Source of the DNA: Methylotenera oryzisoli
Lineage (GTDB): Bacteria; Pseudomonadota; Gammaproteobacteria; Burkholderiales; Methylophilaceae
Length of the DNA stretch: 64,000 bases
Assembly (NCBI GenBank): GCA_945907735.1
Contig: CAMDTL010000001.1
Span: 183,481-247,480 of the forward strand
Reading direction: 5' to 3'
This document shows, in pieces, positions 18,767 to 29,042 of the stretch. Below the pieces are notes generated by a model. That model was not told the origin of the DNA and did not search any database. It was given only the letters and a program-made list of their open reading frames with translations. Position 1 is the first letter of the stretch; each line of letters starts with the position of its first letter. The translations under genes were made by a program, and so were the position numbers.

Positions 18767-20620
18767 TACGCGATTCGGTGGTAATTTGAATTGATTGGTA
18801 ATGGTTTCTGCGCTGCGGAATAAGCCGATAAAGATTTTTTTACGCCAATAGGCCATGCCCGATTTTTCGCTGGCGATTAAAATTTCTTTGCCAATAAAAA
18901 ACGAGGTATTCATCGCGTCAAAAATCAAGCCATATTTATTGCACAACTCTAAGTCACGTGGTAAATCAGGCTCGTCTTTGAACCCGTAGTTAATGATCAC
19001 ACGATAAAACTCATACGGTAAAGCCTCTACGCTGATACGTTCGGCTAAGTTGGTATGTGGGTAATCTGAAAAGCGCACGGTTAAAATGACTACTTTTTCG
19101 TGCAACACTTTGTTATGTTTTAAATTATGTAACATGGCATGCGGCACGCCTTCCTGATTAGGCGTCATAAACAGTGCCGTACCAGGCACGCGTGTAGGCG
19201 GGTGCGCGCTGATAGAGTGGATAAAAGGCGTGAGTTCCATCGCCTCAGATTTTAATCGCTTGTAGAGTAAATACCTGCCATTTTTCCAGGTAAGCATGAG
19301 CACAAAAATGATAGCGCCAATGAGTAATGGCACCCAGCCACCATCAGGTATTTTCAATACGTTAGCGCTAAAAAACGCTAAATCGACCACTAAAAATAGC
19401 GCTATCAGCAAGCCCGTTTTAAGTTTGTTCCAACCCCAAATTTCGCGAAATACTACTGCGGCTAGCAAGGTGGTAATGACCATATCGCCAGTTACAGCAA
19501 TGCCATAGGCTGCTGCCAAATTGCCAGAGCTACCAAAACCAATCACCAGCGCCATCACCCCCAGCATTAAACCCCAATTAACGCGTGGCATATATACTTG
19601 GCCTTGCTCGCTTTCTGAAGTGTGTTGTATGTGCATGCGTGGTAAATAGCCCAATTGCAGCGCTTGGCGTGACACTGAGAACGCGCCAGTAATCACCGCT
19701 TGTGAGGCAATGACAGTGGCCAATGTGGCTAGCCCAATCAGTGGGAACAGCGCCCATTCTGGAGCAAGTAGGTAAAATGGATTTTTAACTGCGCTGACAT
19801 CGCGCAAAATAAGGCTACCTTGACCGAAGTAGTTTAATAATAAGGCTGGAAATACAAAGCCAAACCAAGCCAAGCGAATAGGAAAACGGCCAAAATGACC
19901 CATATCTGCATATAAGGCTTCTGCACCAGTTACCGCCAGTACTACTGCACCCAAAGCCACAAATGCGATTTTTGGTTGCTGCATAAAAAAATCAAGCGCA
20001 TAAAAAGGGTTAAGTGCTTTGAGTATGCTGGCATCGTGTGCAATATTGATGGCGCCCAGCACGCCCAAGGCACCAAACCACAGTAGCATGACAGGACCAA
20101 AAAATTTTCCTACGATGGCGGTACCCTTGCTTTGCGCCAAAAATAGGCAAAACAACACCAATAAAGTAATGGGTACAATAAAGTGGTGCAGGTGTGGCGC
20201 GGCGATTTCTAAGCCTTCTACCGCTGATAATACTGAGATTGCCGGTGTAATCATGCCATCGGCATAAAACATACAGGCGCCCAAAATACCTAAAAACATA
20301 ATGTTGCGCTGTTTTATTTTATTGCCTTCGACATTGCGGCTGGCGAGCGCAAGCAAGGCCATAATGCCACCTTCGCCGCGATTGTCGGCGCGCATAATAA
20401 ACGCTACGTATTTAACCGAAACGATGAGAATTAATGCCCAAGTGATGAGGGACAAAATGCCGTAAACATTGCCTGTATTGAGTGCTAAAGGGTGATGCCC
20501 GACAGAAAAAACTTCTTTCATGGTGTATAAAGGGCTGGTACCAATATCGCCGAACACAACGCCCAGCGCGGCCAGTGCCATGGTATGCAGTGCGGTTTTT
20601 TGAGGGGTGTTATTATTCAT
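18737..20620 (-). CDS. kup: KUP/HAK/KT potassium uptake transporter
   Basis: ALGVVFGDIGTSPLY, DNRGEGG, GAEALYADMGHFG. Confidence 0.95.
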   Translation of the reverse strand: MNNNTPQKTALHTMALAALGVVFGDIGTSPLYTMKEVFSVGHHPLALNTGNVYGILSLITWALILIVSVKYVAFIMRADNRGEGGIMALLALASRNVEGNKIKQRNIMFLGILGACMFYADGMITPAISVLSAVEGLEIAAPHLHHFIVPITLLVLFCLFLAQSKGTAIVGKFFGPVMLLWFGALGVLGAINIAHDASILKALNPFYALDFFMQQPKIAFVALGAVVLAVTGAEALYADMGHFGRFPIRLAWFGFVFPALLLNYFGQGSLILRDVSAVKNPFYLLAPEWALFPLIGLATLATVIASQAVITGAFSVSRQALQLGYLPRMHIQHTSESEQGQVYMPRVNWGLMLGVMALVIGFGSSGNLAAAYGIAVTGDMVITTLLAAVVFREIWGWNKLKTGLLIALFLVVDLAFFSANVLKIPDGGWVPLLIGAIIFVLMLTWKNGRYLLYKRLKSEAMELTPFIHSISAHPPTRVPGTALFMTPNQEGVPHAMLHNLKHNKVLHEKVVILTVRFSDYPHTNLAERISVEALPYEFYRVIINYGFKDEPDLPRDLELCNKYGLIFDAMNTSFFIGKEILIASEKSGMAYWRKKIFIGLFRSAETITNQFKLPPNRVVELGSQVRI

Positions 20621-20691
20621 GGGTAAAGGCGTTTTATGCAGTTAGGCATTATCAATCAATTAAACTAGCAAGCCAATAGTTTTTTATTGAA

Positions 20692-21906
20692 TTATTCGGA
20701 TTTAATACTGGAAATGGTTGCCTCTGCACTACCATGCTCAAAAGTAATGTGCACAACTTGTTTTATTTTAAGCTGCTTAACATTGCTTACAATCTGACCA
20801 GTAGCATCTTGCACCATGGCATAACCTCTCGCTAAAACAGCCTGCGGATTGAGCTGTTCAATGCTGCTTTGTAGTCGTAACAGGTGTTGATGTTGTATTT
20901 GCAAGTGTCGCTGCCAGGCAAACTCCACACGGTGTTTTAGCTGATTGATTTGATTGGTTTTAACTTCAATTTGTTGCAAAGGCGAAATCAATCTGCGTGC
21001 AAGAAAGTCTAGTTTTTGAGCATGCGCCTGCAGTTTAGTATCCATGCGCCTTCTAAGCCTGTTCCAAATATTACTTAATTGTGTTCTTAGTGTATCTACG
21101 TCTTGGCTGACCAGTTCCGCCGCCGCCGTGGGCGTGGCGGCGCGCATATCGGCCACAAAATCACAAATGGTAAAATCGGTCTCGTGGCCAACGCCGCTGA
21201 TGGTTGGAATCTTACATTCATCAATCGCGCGGGCGACGACTTCCTCGTTAAATTGCCACAAATCCTCCATGCTTCCGCCACCACGGCAAATAATCAGCGT
21301 ATCAACTTCTTGTCGAGCGTTGGCGGTGTGGATGGCCTTGGCAATCTGTGCTGCAGCACCTTTGCCTTGCACAGGTGTGGGGTAAACAATGACATTGATA
21401 TTGGGATTGCGGCGTTTTAAGGTGGTTAAAACATCTCTTAATGCCGCTGCGTCGGGCGAGGTCACCATGCCTATGGTTTTGGGAAATTTCGGGATGGCTT
21501 GCTTGTATGCCGCGTCAAATAAGCCTTCGTGTGTGAGTTTTATTTTTAACTTTTCAAACGCCTCAAATAACGCACCCAAGCCGGCTTTTTGTACAAACTC
21601 TACCGTGAGTTGAAAATCGCCGCGCGCCTCATATAGCGTCACGGTGCAACGTGCTTCAATTTTATCGCCTTCGCGTGGTGTAAAATCCACATAACTATTG
21701 CGACCTTTAAACATCACGCATTTGACCTGTGCGCTTGCATCTTTAAGCGAAAAATACCAATGGCCACTGGTGGCGCGGGTAAAGTTGGAAACCTCGCCCG
21801 ATACCCAAAATAGCGGAAAACTTTGCTCCAACACTTCGCGCGCTAAACGATTTAATTCGCTGACTGTCAGAATTTGTTGCAAGGGCTGGCTGATTTGTGT
21901 GCTCAT
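20692..21906 (-). CDS. xseA: Exodeoxyribonuclease VII large subunit
   Basis: WVSGEVSN..SGHWYFSLKD; RGGGSMEDLW; GVGHETDFT; TPTAAAE. Confidence 0.95.
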   Translation of the reverse strand: MSTQISQPLQQILTVSELNRLAREVLEQSFPLFWVSGEVSNFTRATSGHWYFSLKDASAQVKCVMFKGRNSYVDFTPREGDKIEARCTVTLYEARGDFQLTVEFVQKAGLGALFEAFEKLKIKLTHEGLFDAAYKQAIPKFPKTIGMVTSPDAAALRDVLTTLKRRNPNINVIVYPTPVQGKGAAAQIAKAIHTANARQEVDTLIICRGGGSMEDLWQFNEEVVARAIDECKIPTISGVGHETDFTICDFVADMRAATPTAAAELVSQDVDTLRTQLSNIWNRLRRRMDTKLQAHAQKLDFLARRLISPLQQIEVKTNQINQLKHRVEFAWQRHLQIQHQHLLRLQSSIEQLNPQAVLARGYAMVQDATGQIVSNVKQLKIKQVVHITFEHGSAEATISSIKSE

Positions 21907-21936
21907 GTCCTATTATCCATTACAATTACTCATCTT

Positions 21937-22047
21937 GTCATTCCGTGCTTGACACGGAATCCAGCGACTTTGGATTAAGCCACTGGATCCAGCTTTGCGA
22001 GCACCCGTTTTGCGGCTTGCCTGCTAAAACCACTACGTCGGTATGAC
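21937..22047. repeat. GTCATT...ATGAC (CGTC-type) palindromic repeat
   Basis: gtcattccgtgcttgacacggaatcc ... cggtatgac. Confidence 0.7.
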
Positions 22048-22071
22048 GATTAAGAAGAGAGAAAGCAAACG

Positions 22072-22566
22072 ATGCAAAAATTATTCACTGGTAAAACTGG
22101 TTGTCTGCTTGGCTTTGCAGCCTGCTTTGGCATCGTCGCGTTGGCGCTGGTGATACAAACCACTTATAAGCTAGAACCTTGCCCGCTGTGCATTACGCAG
22201 CGCATGTTTTTTATGGGCTTGGGCGTATTATTTTTAATTGCTGCGTTTATAAAACCTGCTAGCTTGTTGCAGAAAATGTTCACTGGTTTACAAGTGCTTG
22301 CTGCACTGGGTGGTGCGGGTTGGGCCATGCGGCATTGGTATTTGCAGGCCAACAAAGAGAGCATGATTGCTGATTGTGGCGTGGGATTCGATTATATGTT
22401 CGAGAATTTTCCACTTAACAAAATGTTGACTTTAATTTTTCGCGGCACTGGTGATTGCGCTGCCATTGATTGGACATTTTTGGGCTTAACATTACCGCAA
22501 TTAGGATTAATGAGTTTCGTTGGACTGGGTGTTTATGCAGTGTGGCTAGGATTAAAGAAAGATTGA
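22072..22566 (+). CDS. dsbB: Disulfide bond formation protein B
   Basis: LEPCPLCITQR; second Cys pair; four TM segments. Confidence 0.9.
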   Translation: MQKLFTGKTGCLLGFAACFGIVALALVIQTTYKLEPCPLCITQRMFFMGLGVLFLIAAFIKPASLLQKMFTGLQVLAALGGAGWAMRHWYLQANKESMIADCGVGFDYMFENFPLNKMLTLIFRGTGDCAAIDWTFLGLTLPQLGLMSFVGLGVYAVWLGLKKD

Positions 22567-22567
22567 A

Positions 22568-23455
22568 ATGTACAAAACACTTGATGACTTTGTAGGTAAC
22601 ACGCCACTCGTTAAATTGCAGCGTATGAACCCGAATAGAAGCAACACGATTTTACTGAAACTAGAAGGCAACAATCCTGCGGGGTCAGTAAAAGATAGGC
22701 CTGCCTATTCAATGATTGCCAGAGCAGAAGCGCGTGGCGATATTCAACCTGGCGACACGCTGATTGAAGCGACATCAGGCAATACAGGCATTGCGTTGGC
22801 GATGGTAGCGGCCATGCGCGGCTACAAAATGGTGTTGGTAATGCCAGAGAATCAATCGATAGAACGCCGCCAAAGCTTGCAGGCTTATGGCGCAGAGCTG
22901 GTATTAACGCCACAAGACGGTAGCATGGAGCTGGCGCGTGATGTAGCGATGAAGATGCAAGCCGAGGGTGAAGGCATTGTGCTGGATCAATTTGCTAATC
23001 AGGACAATCCATTGGCGCATTATGAAGGCACTGGGCCTGAAATTTGGCGCGATACCGCTGGTAAAATCACACATTTTGTTTCTAGCATGGGTACCACTGG
23101 CACCATTATGGGCGTTTCGCGCTTTTTAAAAGAAAAAAATGCGGCTATACGCATTATCGGCGTGCAGCCAGAAGAGGGCAGCCAAATCCCAGGCATACGC
23201 AAATGGCCGGTTGAATATATGCCAACGATTTTTGAGGCAAAACGTGTGGATGAATTACGCTACGTGAACCAGAAAAATGCCGAAAATATGACCAGAAAAC
23301 TGGCGACAGAAGAAGGAATTTTTTCGGGTATCTCCAGCGGCGGAGCGCTTTACACAGCGTTAGAACTGTCAAAGCAGGTAGAAAATTCAGTGATTGTTTC
23401 TATCGTTTGCGACCGGGGTGATCGATACCTTTCTACAGGCGTATTTCCAAGCTAA
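22568..23455 (+). CDS. cysM: Cysteine synthase B
   Basis: KLEGNNPAGSVKDR; SMGTTGT; IPGIRKWP. Confidence 0.95.
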   Translation: MYKTLDDFVGNTPLVKLQRMNPNRSNTILLKLEGNNPAGSVKDRPAYSMIARAEARGDIQPGDTLIEATSGNTGIALAMVAAMRGYKMVLVMPENQSIERRQSLQAYGAELVLTPQDGSMELARDVAMKMQAEGEGIVLDQFANQDNPLAHYEGTGPEIWRDTAGKITHFVSSMGTTGTIMGVSRFLKEKNAAIRIIGVQPEEGSQIPGIRKWPVEYMPTIFEAKRVDELRYVNQKNAENMTRKLATEEGIFSGISSGGALYTALELSKQVENSVIVSIVCDRGDRYLSTGVFPS

Positions 23456-23457
23456 AA

Positions 23458-25251
23458 ATGCTTTTTTCGTTACGATGCTTGGTGGCATTTGCAGTATTAC
23501 AGCTGTTTACAGTGCCTAGTTTTGCCGTCAGCCAAATCAACATTGAAATTGGCGCTTTAAGTAACGATTCGATTGAAGCCCGCAATGCTGATATTCAGCT
23601 TAATTTAAAAGCCACACCCACCATTGCATTTAAAACAGCGCTGAAACAGCCTGCCGATAAGGCTTGGTCGCAAGCGCAGTTGCGTTGCCAAGTGCCAGCG
23701 TTATGGTTGCAAGAGACCTGGAGTTGTAGCGATGGCAAGTTTACTGCGGCGCGCATGAGCTTGCCTTTTGTGCTTGATATTACGCCGCAACCCAAAGGAT
23801 TCGTTGCCAATTTAAACTTGCAAGGTGCTAGTTTTAGCGATGAGGCGGGCTTGCACGCGGCAGAAAAACTCAAAGGCTATCTCACCATCGCCGTGCGACA
23901 AGATGGCGACACTTTGCATTTTAACAGCGCACTTAATTGGCAAAGTGGCGAAATGTTCTGGCAACCTTTATACATTGCCAATGGCGGGCATGAGTTGCAG
24001 GCAAACGGCAACTTGCGCAGCGACATTTTGACGCTGGATACCGCGACACTGAAGCTGGACAAAGTGGGCGATTTGCACTTTAACGGCCAAGTAGATACTA
24101 AAACGCTCAAGATTCAAAAATTAAGCGCAGACTTACCCAATCTTAATTTAGCCGAAGCTTACCCTTTGTTATTTAAGCCTTTTTTAGGTAAAACCCTGTT
24201 GAATAACGCAGAGCTTAACGGCAAAGCGGCTCTGAATGTAAGCATGGTAGATGCTCAAGTGAAGGCGTTTAAAGTCAATTTAAAAGATGTGAATGTTGAT
24301 GATAAAAATCACAAATTCGCGTTTTACGATGTCAATGCAGATATGCCGTGGGGCTATGACGATGAGACTAAAGTGCATATTTCTTACCAACATGGACAAT
24401 TATTAAACATGCCGCTAGGCCGTGCCAGCATTAGTGCACAGGTCAATCGTTATTCACTTGTTGCGCCCGAAATTACGCTACCGATTTTAGATGGTGCGTT
24501 GAAATTAAGCGATATTTCTGCGGCGCGTATTAACGATAGTTGGCATTGGCATTTACGCGCAGCACTCACGCCCGTATCCATGCCAGATGCTACGCGCGCC
24601 TTTAAGTTGCCTATTATGCAAGGTAAAGCAGCGGCTGAAATTCCGCTGGTTACTTACAGTGGAGGTATTTTAACTACCGATGGCGCAATGGCGTTGAACG
24701 TGTTTGAAGGCCAAGTAAAAGTAACTCAGCTGACGATGATTAACCCATTAGGCAAAACGCCAAAATTAAGTGCTGATCTCACGCTGCGTAACTTAGATTT
24801 AGGCAGTTTAACGCGTACCTTTAGTTTTGGCGCCATCGAGGGCAAGCTGGATGGCGACGTGCAAGACTTGGAGATGGTGAACTGGCTGCCTGTGAAAATG
24901 GACGCGAGCTTACACAGCAGTCCTGGAAAATACACCAAAAAAATCTCACAACGTGCTGTAGAAAATATTACCGCATTAGGTGGGGCAGGCGCCGCAGCGG
25001 CAGTTCAGCGCAGTTTTTTACGTTTTTTTGAGCAATTTAATTATGCAAAAATGGGCTTAAGCTGCAAATTACGCAACGATGTATGCGAAATGAATGGCAT
25101 TGAGTCAAAGCAAAGGGGGTATGTGATCGTTAAAGGCAGTGGCATACCTGCAATTACCGTGATGGGGTACAATCAAAACGTGAGTTGGGGCGAGTTAATA
25201 GGCCGTATTAAACGGGTGATTGATGGCAACACCAAAGCAATAGTTAAGTAA
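23458..25251 (+). CDS. YdbH/AsmA-like intermembrane lipid-bridge protein
   Basis: Signal or anchor sequence; beta-rich repeats; followed by YnbE- and YdbL-like genes. Confidence 0.6.
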   Translation: MLFSLRCLVAFAVLQLFTVPSFAVSQINIEIGALSNDSIEARNADIQLNLKATPTIAFKTALKQPADKAWSQAQLRCQVPALWLQETWSCSDGKFTAARMSLPFVLDITPQPKGFVANLNLQGASFSDEAGLHAAEKLKGYLTIAVRQDGDTLHFNSALNWQSGEMFWQPLYIANGGHELQANGNLRSDILTLDTATLKLDKVGDLHFNGQVDTKTLKIQKLSADLPNLNLAEAYPLLFKPFLGKTLLNNAELNGKAALNVSMVDAQVKAFKVNLKDVNVDDKNHKFAFYDVNADMPWGYDDETKVHISYQHGQLLNMPLGRASISAQVNRYSLVAPEITLPILDGALKLSDISAARINDSWHWHLRAALTPVSMPDATRAFKLPIMQGKAAAEIPLVTYSGGILTTDGAMALNVFEGQVKVTQLTMINPLGKTPKLSADLTLRNLDLGSLTRTFSFGAIEGKLDGDVQDLEMVNWLPVKMDASLHSSPGKYTKKISQRAVENITALGGAGAAAAVQRSFLRFFEQFNYAKMGLSCKLRNDVCEMNGIESKQRGYVIVKGSGIPAITVMGYNQNVSWGELIGRIKRVIDGNTKAIVK

Positions 25252-25371
25252 ACTTAATTTTATGAGCGCATTGCTAGGTTGCGCGGTACTCGCAACTTAG
25301 CTGTACAACCGCGTACTATCTCGGTTTCTGCGTTCCGTGCGCCTGGCGCTGCATCGCATAAAATTTAGTTT
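25250..25371. repeat. MITE-like element (same family as 15370)
   Basis: aaacttaattttatg / cataaaatttagttt terminal inverted repeats (1 mismatch); core gttgcgcggtactcgc...gtac...tctcgg...ttccgtgcgcct. Confidence 0.7.
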
Positions 25372-25392
25372 TACAATTGATGAGGACAAGCA

Positions 25393-25593
25393 ATGAAAAA
25401 CTGGAAGATTATTTTACTACTAGCGGCAATTTTTCCTGCCTGCGTCACCATTAATATTTACTTTCCTGCGGCGGCGGCAGAAAAAGCGGCCGATAAAATT
25501 ATTGAAGAAGTATGGCAACTAAAAGATGGCCAAGATAGCTCGAAAGAACCAGTAGCGCCTACTGAGACTCCTGCCGAAACACCTGCCAAATAA
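25393..25593 (+). CDS. YnbE-like small lipoprotein
   Basis: Lipobox-like FPAC then VTINIYFPAAAAEKAADKIIEEVW. Confidence 0.75.
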   Translation: MKNWKIILLLAAIFPACVTINIYFPAAAAEKAADKIIEEVWQLKDGQDSSKEPVAPTETPAETPAK

Positions 25594-25606
25594 AGGAAAA
25601 ACCATC

Positions 25607-26050
25607 ATGAAAAAATTATTATCAGGGTTTGTGATGATAGTGAGTATGTTTGTGGCAAATTGGGTGGCTGCTGCGGCAGATTTAGAGGTGAATACACCAG
25701 CGATTGCAGCACTTAAAGCCAGCATGCAAGTGCGTCATGGCCAATTAAGCACGTTTTATAACAGCGGCGCAGTTGGCCTGACTAAAGATGCGTTTATCGC
25801 GGTAAAAGACGCGACGGCTGTGCCGCTAAAAGATCGTGGCGGCTTGAATAGTTTGGTTTCGGCCGAAAACGCAGACCGCGCCAACTTATATAAAGAAATC
25901 GCCACCGCCAATGGTCATCCAGAATGGCAAGCTGACATACAAAGTACGTTTGCCAGTCGCTGGATAGATAAGGCACAAGCTGGGTGGTTTTACCAAAGTG
26001 GCGGTGGTTGGGTGAAGAAATGGGGATTACCTCAAAATGGGGGGCAGTAA
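25607..26050 (+). CDS. YdbL-family (DUF1318) protein with an apparently foreign C-terminal tail
   Basis: AENADRANLYKEIA..N; W...A..GWFYQ..GGWVKK, then 9 extra residues from the AT-rich insert. Confidence 0.8.
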   Translation: MKKLLSGFVMIVSMFVANWVAAAADLEVNTPAIAALKASMQVRHGQLSTFYNSGAVGLTKDAFIAVKDATAVPLKDRGGLNSLVSAENADRANLYKEIATANGHPEWQADIQSTFASRWIDKAQAGWFYQSGGGWVKKWGLPQNGGQ

Positions 26051-26127
26051 TTGGGACGATTCATATTTCTATTTGAACGGTTTCAAATCATTAGTGTTAA
26101 GATGCCTGACTGAATTATTTACGCTAG

Positions 26128-26793
26128 GTGCATTTGATTTTAGGCAGCATCATGCTGCAATTTTTGCACTTCAACCTTGAGACTGTTATGCTTACTTTTT
26201 TCTTAAAAGTTAATAAACTCAAAAGAAGATTTCTACCCCCCCCCCTTTTTGATGGAAACGATGAACTATTCAAACGTTTGCTAGTTTCATCCAGCAAATA
26301 TGCTGAATATGGTTGTGGACAAAGTACTATTTGGGTCGCCGAAAATACCAAAGCGTCTATACATAGTGTCGACTCCAATAATGATTGGATTAATTTTTGC
26401 CAAAAAGAATTAGGTAAGAGAAAAGCAACCCTTCAATGGGTGGATTGTGGAGTATTGGGAAACTGGGGAAGGCCGCTAAACTATGAGAAGCGAAACAATT
26501 TTTCTACTTATGCCCAATCAATCTGGAATGATGACACCCCACCAGATGTTGTACTTATTGACGGAAGATTTAGAGTTTTATGTTTTTTGATATCTTTAAA
26601 ATATGCTACTGAAGGTACAAGAATTATTTTTGACGACTATATAAATCGCCCTAATTATCACATTGTAGAAGAATTTATTTCTCGCTTCGAAATCTGCGGA
26701 AGACAATGTTTATTTATAGCTCCCGCGAAAGATAGTATTGACATTGAATTGCTTGATAAAATGATCAGTAAGTTTGAATACGTCATGGAATAA
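26128..26793 (+). CDS. AT-rich class I SAM-methyltransferase-like protein (probable start 26188) with a C10 tract
   Basis: EYGCGQST motif I; SVDS; DVVLIDGRFR; IIFDDY; AT-rich codons. Confidence 0.6.
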   Translation: MHLILGSIMLQFLHFNLETVMLTFFLKVNKLKRRFLPPPLFDGNDELFKRLLVSSSKYAEYGCGQSTIWVAENTKASIHSVDSNNDWINFCQKELGKRKATLQWVDCGVLGNWGRPLNYEKRNNFSTYAQSIWNDDTPPDVVLIDGRFRVLCFLISLKYATEGTRIIFDDYINRPNYHIVEEFISRFEICGRQCLFIAPAKDSIDIELLDKMISKFEYVME

Positions 26794-26896
26794 AGTCACT
26801 TGCCAATTCAGCCAGCACCTTGTCTCCCTTGAGAGTGAGGACAAGGTAACACTTCTAACATACGAAAGTATTACACGCTACTTATTAAATAATTAA

Positions 26897-27220
26897 CTAA
26901 ATCTTATCAATGCAACTCTTTTCTGGTGGGGGGGGGTTGCCGGTGCGCATGGCGGCGATGCTTTTAAGTTGGAGTTTGTCGGCAATTTTTTGCGAGATGG
27001 CAACGCCTGTCGCGCCCGTGTCCACAATACATACTTGTTGATTATTAATCAGCGCTTCTGCGCGATAGTGAACATCTAAGCCACGTTTGAGCGTAACAGC
27101 ATTCGCATTATCACCTAATCGCCAAGCTTTATTGGGGTTTTGAATGTTATTGACTAAAACGTAAATACCAAAAGCCAAAGTGAGCCAAACGATGGTGAAC
27201 ATAATATTGTTGCGTGACAT
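26897..27220 (-). pseudogene. Truncated membrane-anchored clan AA (retropepsin-like) aspartic protease
   Basis: N-terminal TM; IVDTGATGVAIS catalytic motif; breaks at the flap (RTGN) into a C9 tract; no C-terminal LLGM motif. Confidence 0.75.
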
Positions 27221-27244
27221 AATTTTTTCTTAAAGGGGCGAAGC

Positions 27245-28639
27245 CTAAAAAGGTAAAGCTAGGCTCGGCGTAGCGTTCCAAATTACATCGCGAAACTGTG
27301 CTTGAATACGCTTGAGCGCAGCTTCATTATTGGCCTCAAAGCGTAGCACCATGACTGGCGAGGTGTTGGAAGCACGCATCAAACCAAAACCATCTGCATA
27401 CTCCACACGCAGGCCATCGATGGTGATAACTTCAGTCGCATCGGCAAATTGAGCGGTTTTCTGCAGTTGTGAAATGAGCGCATGTGGCTCGCCTTCCTGC
27501 ATTTGAATGTGCTGTTCAGGCGTGCTCACGCTGTCGGGCAGCGCGTTTAAGATTTCCGACGGACTAGCAAAATTGCTTAAAATTTCTAGCAGCCGCGCGC
27601 CAGCATATAAACCATCATCAAAGCCATACCAGCGCTTGTTTCCAGCCAAATCATTATCGTTAAAAAACACATGACCGCTCATTTCGCCCGCCAGTGCGGC
27701 ATTGGTTTCTTTAATTTTGGCTTTGATTAATGAGTGGCCAGTTTTCCACATCATCGGCTTGCCGCCCAGCGCCTTTATCCACGGGTTTAGGTTGCGCGTC
27801 GACTTTACATCGAAAATGATATTAGCACCTGCGTTGCGGCTTAGTACATCTTGCGCAAAAAGTAGCAATTGGCGGTCTGGATAAATAATGTTGCCTTCTT
27901 CGGTGACCACGCCTAGTCTATCGCCATCGCCGTCAAAGGCCAGACCAATTTCGGAGCGCGTGGTTTTAAGCGCTTCGATTAAATCGCGCAAATTTTCGGG
28001 CACAGAAGGGTCAGGATGGTGGTTGGGGAAATTGCCATCCACCTCGCAAAACAGCTCTTCTACGCGGCAGCCAATGGCATTGTAAAGTTGTTTGGCAAAA
28101 GCGCCAGCCACACCATTACCGCAATCCACGGTAATTTGCAGCGGCCGCGCCAAGTGAATGTCGGCCTTAATTTTGGCGATGTAATGGGGTGCAATATCGT
28201 AGCTACGCTCGAGGCCATCACCATAAGTATACCGATTGGATTCGATGCGGTGACGTAAACTTTGTATGCTCTCATTGGATAAAGTCTCGCCTGCCAGTAC
28301 CATTTTTAGGCCGTTGTAATCAGGCGGATTATGGCTACCTGTCACCATTACGCCGCAATTATTGCCTAGATGATGCGCTGCAAAATACACCATCGGCGTA
28401 GCGACCATGCCCAAATTCACCACGTTGCAGCCGGCTTTGCGTATGCCTGTTGATAGTGCATCCGCAAGTTCTGGGCCCGATAAGCGGCCATCATAGCCAA
28501 TGCAAATTTCTTTTTGCGCACGTTGTTTGGCCTCACTGCCCAGCGCATGGCCAATCGCTTCAACAATCGCAGGTGTTAAGGTTTTGCCGACAATACCGCG
28601 AATGTCGTAGGCTTTGAAAATTTCTTTAGCTGCTTGCAT
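27245..28639 (-). CDS. Phosphomannomutase/phosphoglucomutase (AlgC-like)
   Basis: IFKAYDIRG, TGSHNP, DGDGDR, GEMSGH; start set to MQAAKE. Confidence 0.92.
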   Translation of the reverse strand: MQAAKEIFKAYDIRGIVGKTLTPAIVEAIGHALGSEAKQRAQKEICIGYDGRLSGPELADALSTGIRKAGCNVVNLGMVATPMVYFAAHHLGNNCGVMVTGSHNPPDYNGLKMVLAGETLSNESIQSLRHRIESNRYTYGDGLERSYDIAPHYIAKIKADIHLARPLQITVDCGNGVAGAFAKQLYNAIGCRVEELFCEVDGNFPNHHPDPSVPENLRDLIEALKTTRSEIGLAFDGDGDRLGVVTEEGNIIYPDRQLLLFAQDVLSRNAGANIIFDVKSTRNLNPWIKALGGKPMMWKTGHSLIKAKIKETNAALAGEMSGHVFFNDNDLAGNKRWYGFDDGLYAGARLLEILSNFASPSEILNALPDSVSTPEQHIQMQEGEPHALISQLQKTAQFADATEVITIDGLRVEYADGFGLMRASNTSPVMVLRFEANNEAALKRIQAQFRDVIWNATPSLALPF

Positions 28640-28775
28640 ACAGATTAAAAGCAAAATAAACCATGACGAAATAAGTGATGTGATGCAGTGGGTTGGCCTG
28701 CAGCTGGAAATCGCAAATATTATGCTTAATAAAGAGTAAAAACAGCGTCTCAAACATACTTAGCTAACTTTCGTC

Positions 28776-28970
28776 TCAGTTGGCTTCTTCAATCCAAACG
28801 AGTTGAATCGCCTCTAATATTTTCTCGCCGCAGTGTCTGGGGTCATCGTCAAAATCTTCAAGCGCCATCACCCATTCCATTAAATCAATAAAGCGTATGG
28901 TTTTTGGGTCTATTTCTGGATATTTGTCGAACAGTTCTTCGGCAATTCTTTGGCTGTCAGTCCATTTCAT
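28776..28970 (-). CDS. iscX: Fe-S cluster assembly protein IscX
   Basis: [45 protein letters not shown]. Confidence 0.92.
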   Translation of the reverse strand: MKWTDSQRIAEELFDKYPEIDPKTIRFIDLMEWVMALEDFDDDPRHCGEKILEAIQLVWIEEAN

Positions 28971-29042
28971 AAAATACCGCTTATTCACATTTAAAGCACA
29001 ATTATAACGCGAGCCCAATGATAGTAGAACGACATATGAAAA

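Noticed and set aside
23458-26050. ydbH-ynbE-ydbL as a novel system
   Set aside because: It matches an already described envelope-bridging gene trio.
28640-28753. N-terminal extensions in the ORF track for pgm (also iscX, glyA, sdhA, sdhB, envZ-like)
   Set aside because: Family-typical N-termini begin at downstream start codons; the extensions look non-coding.
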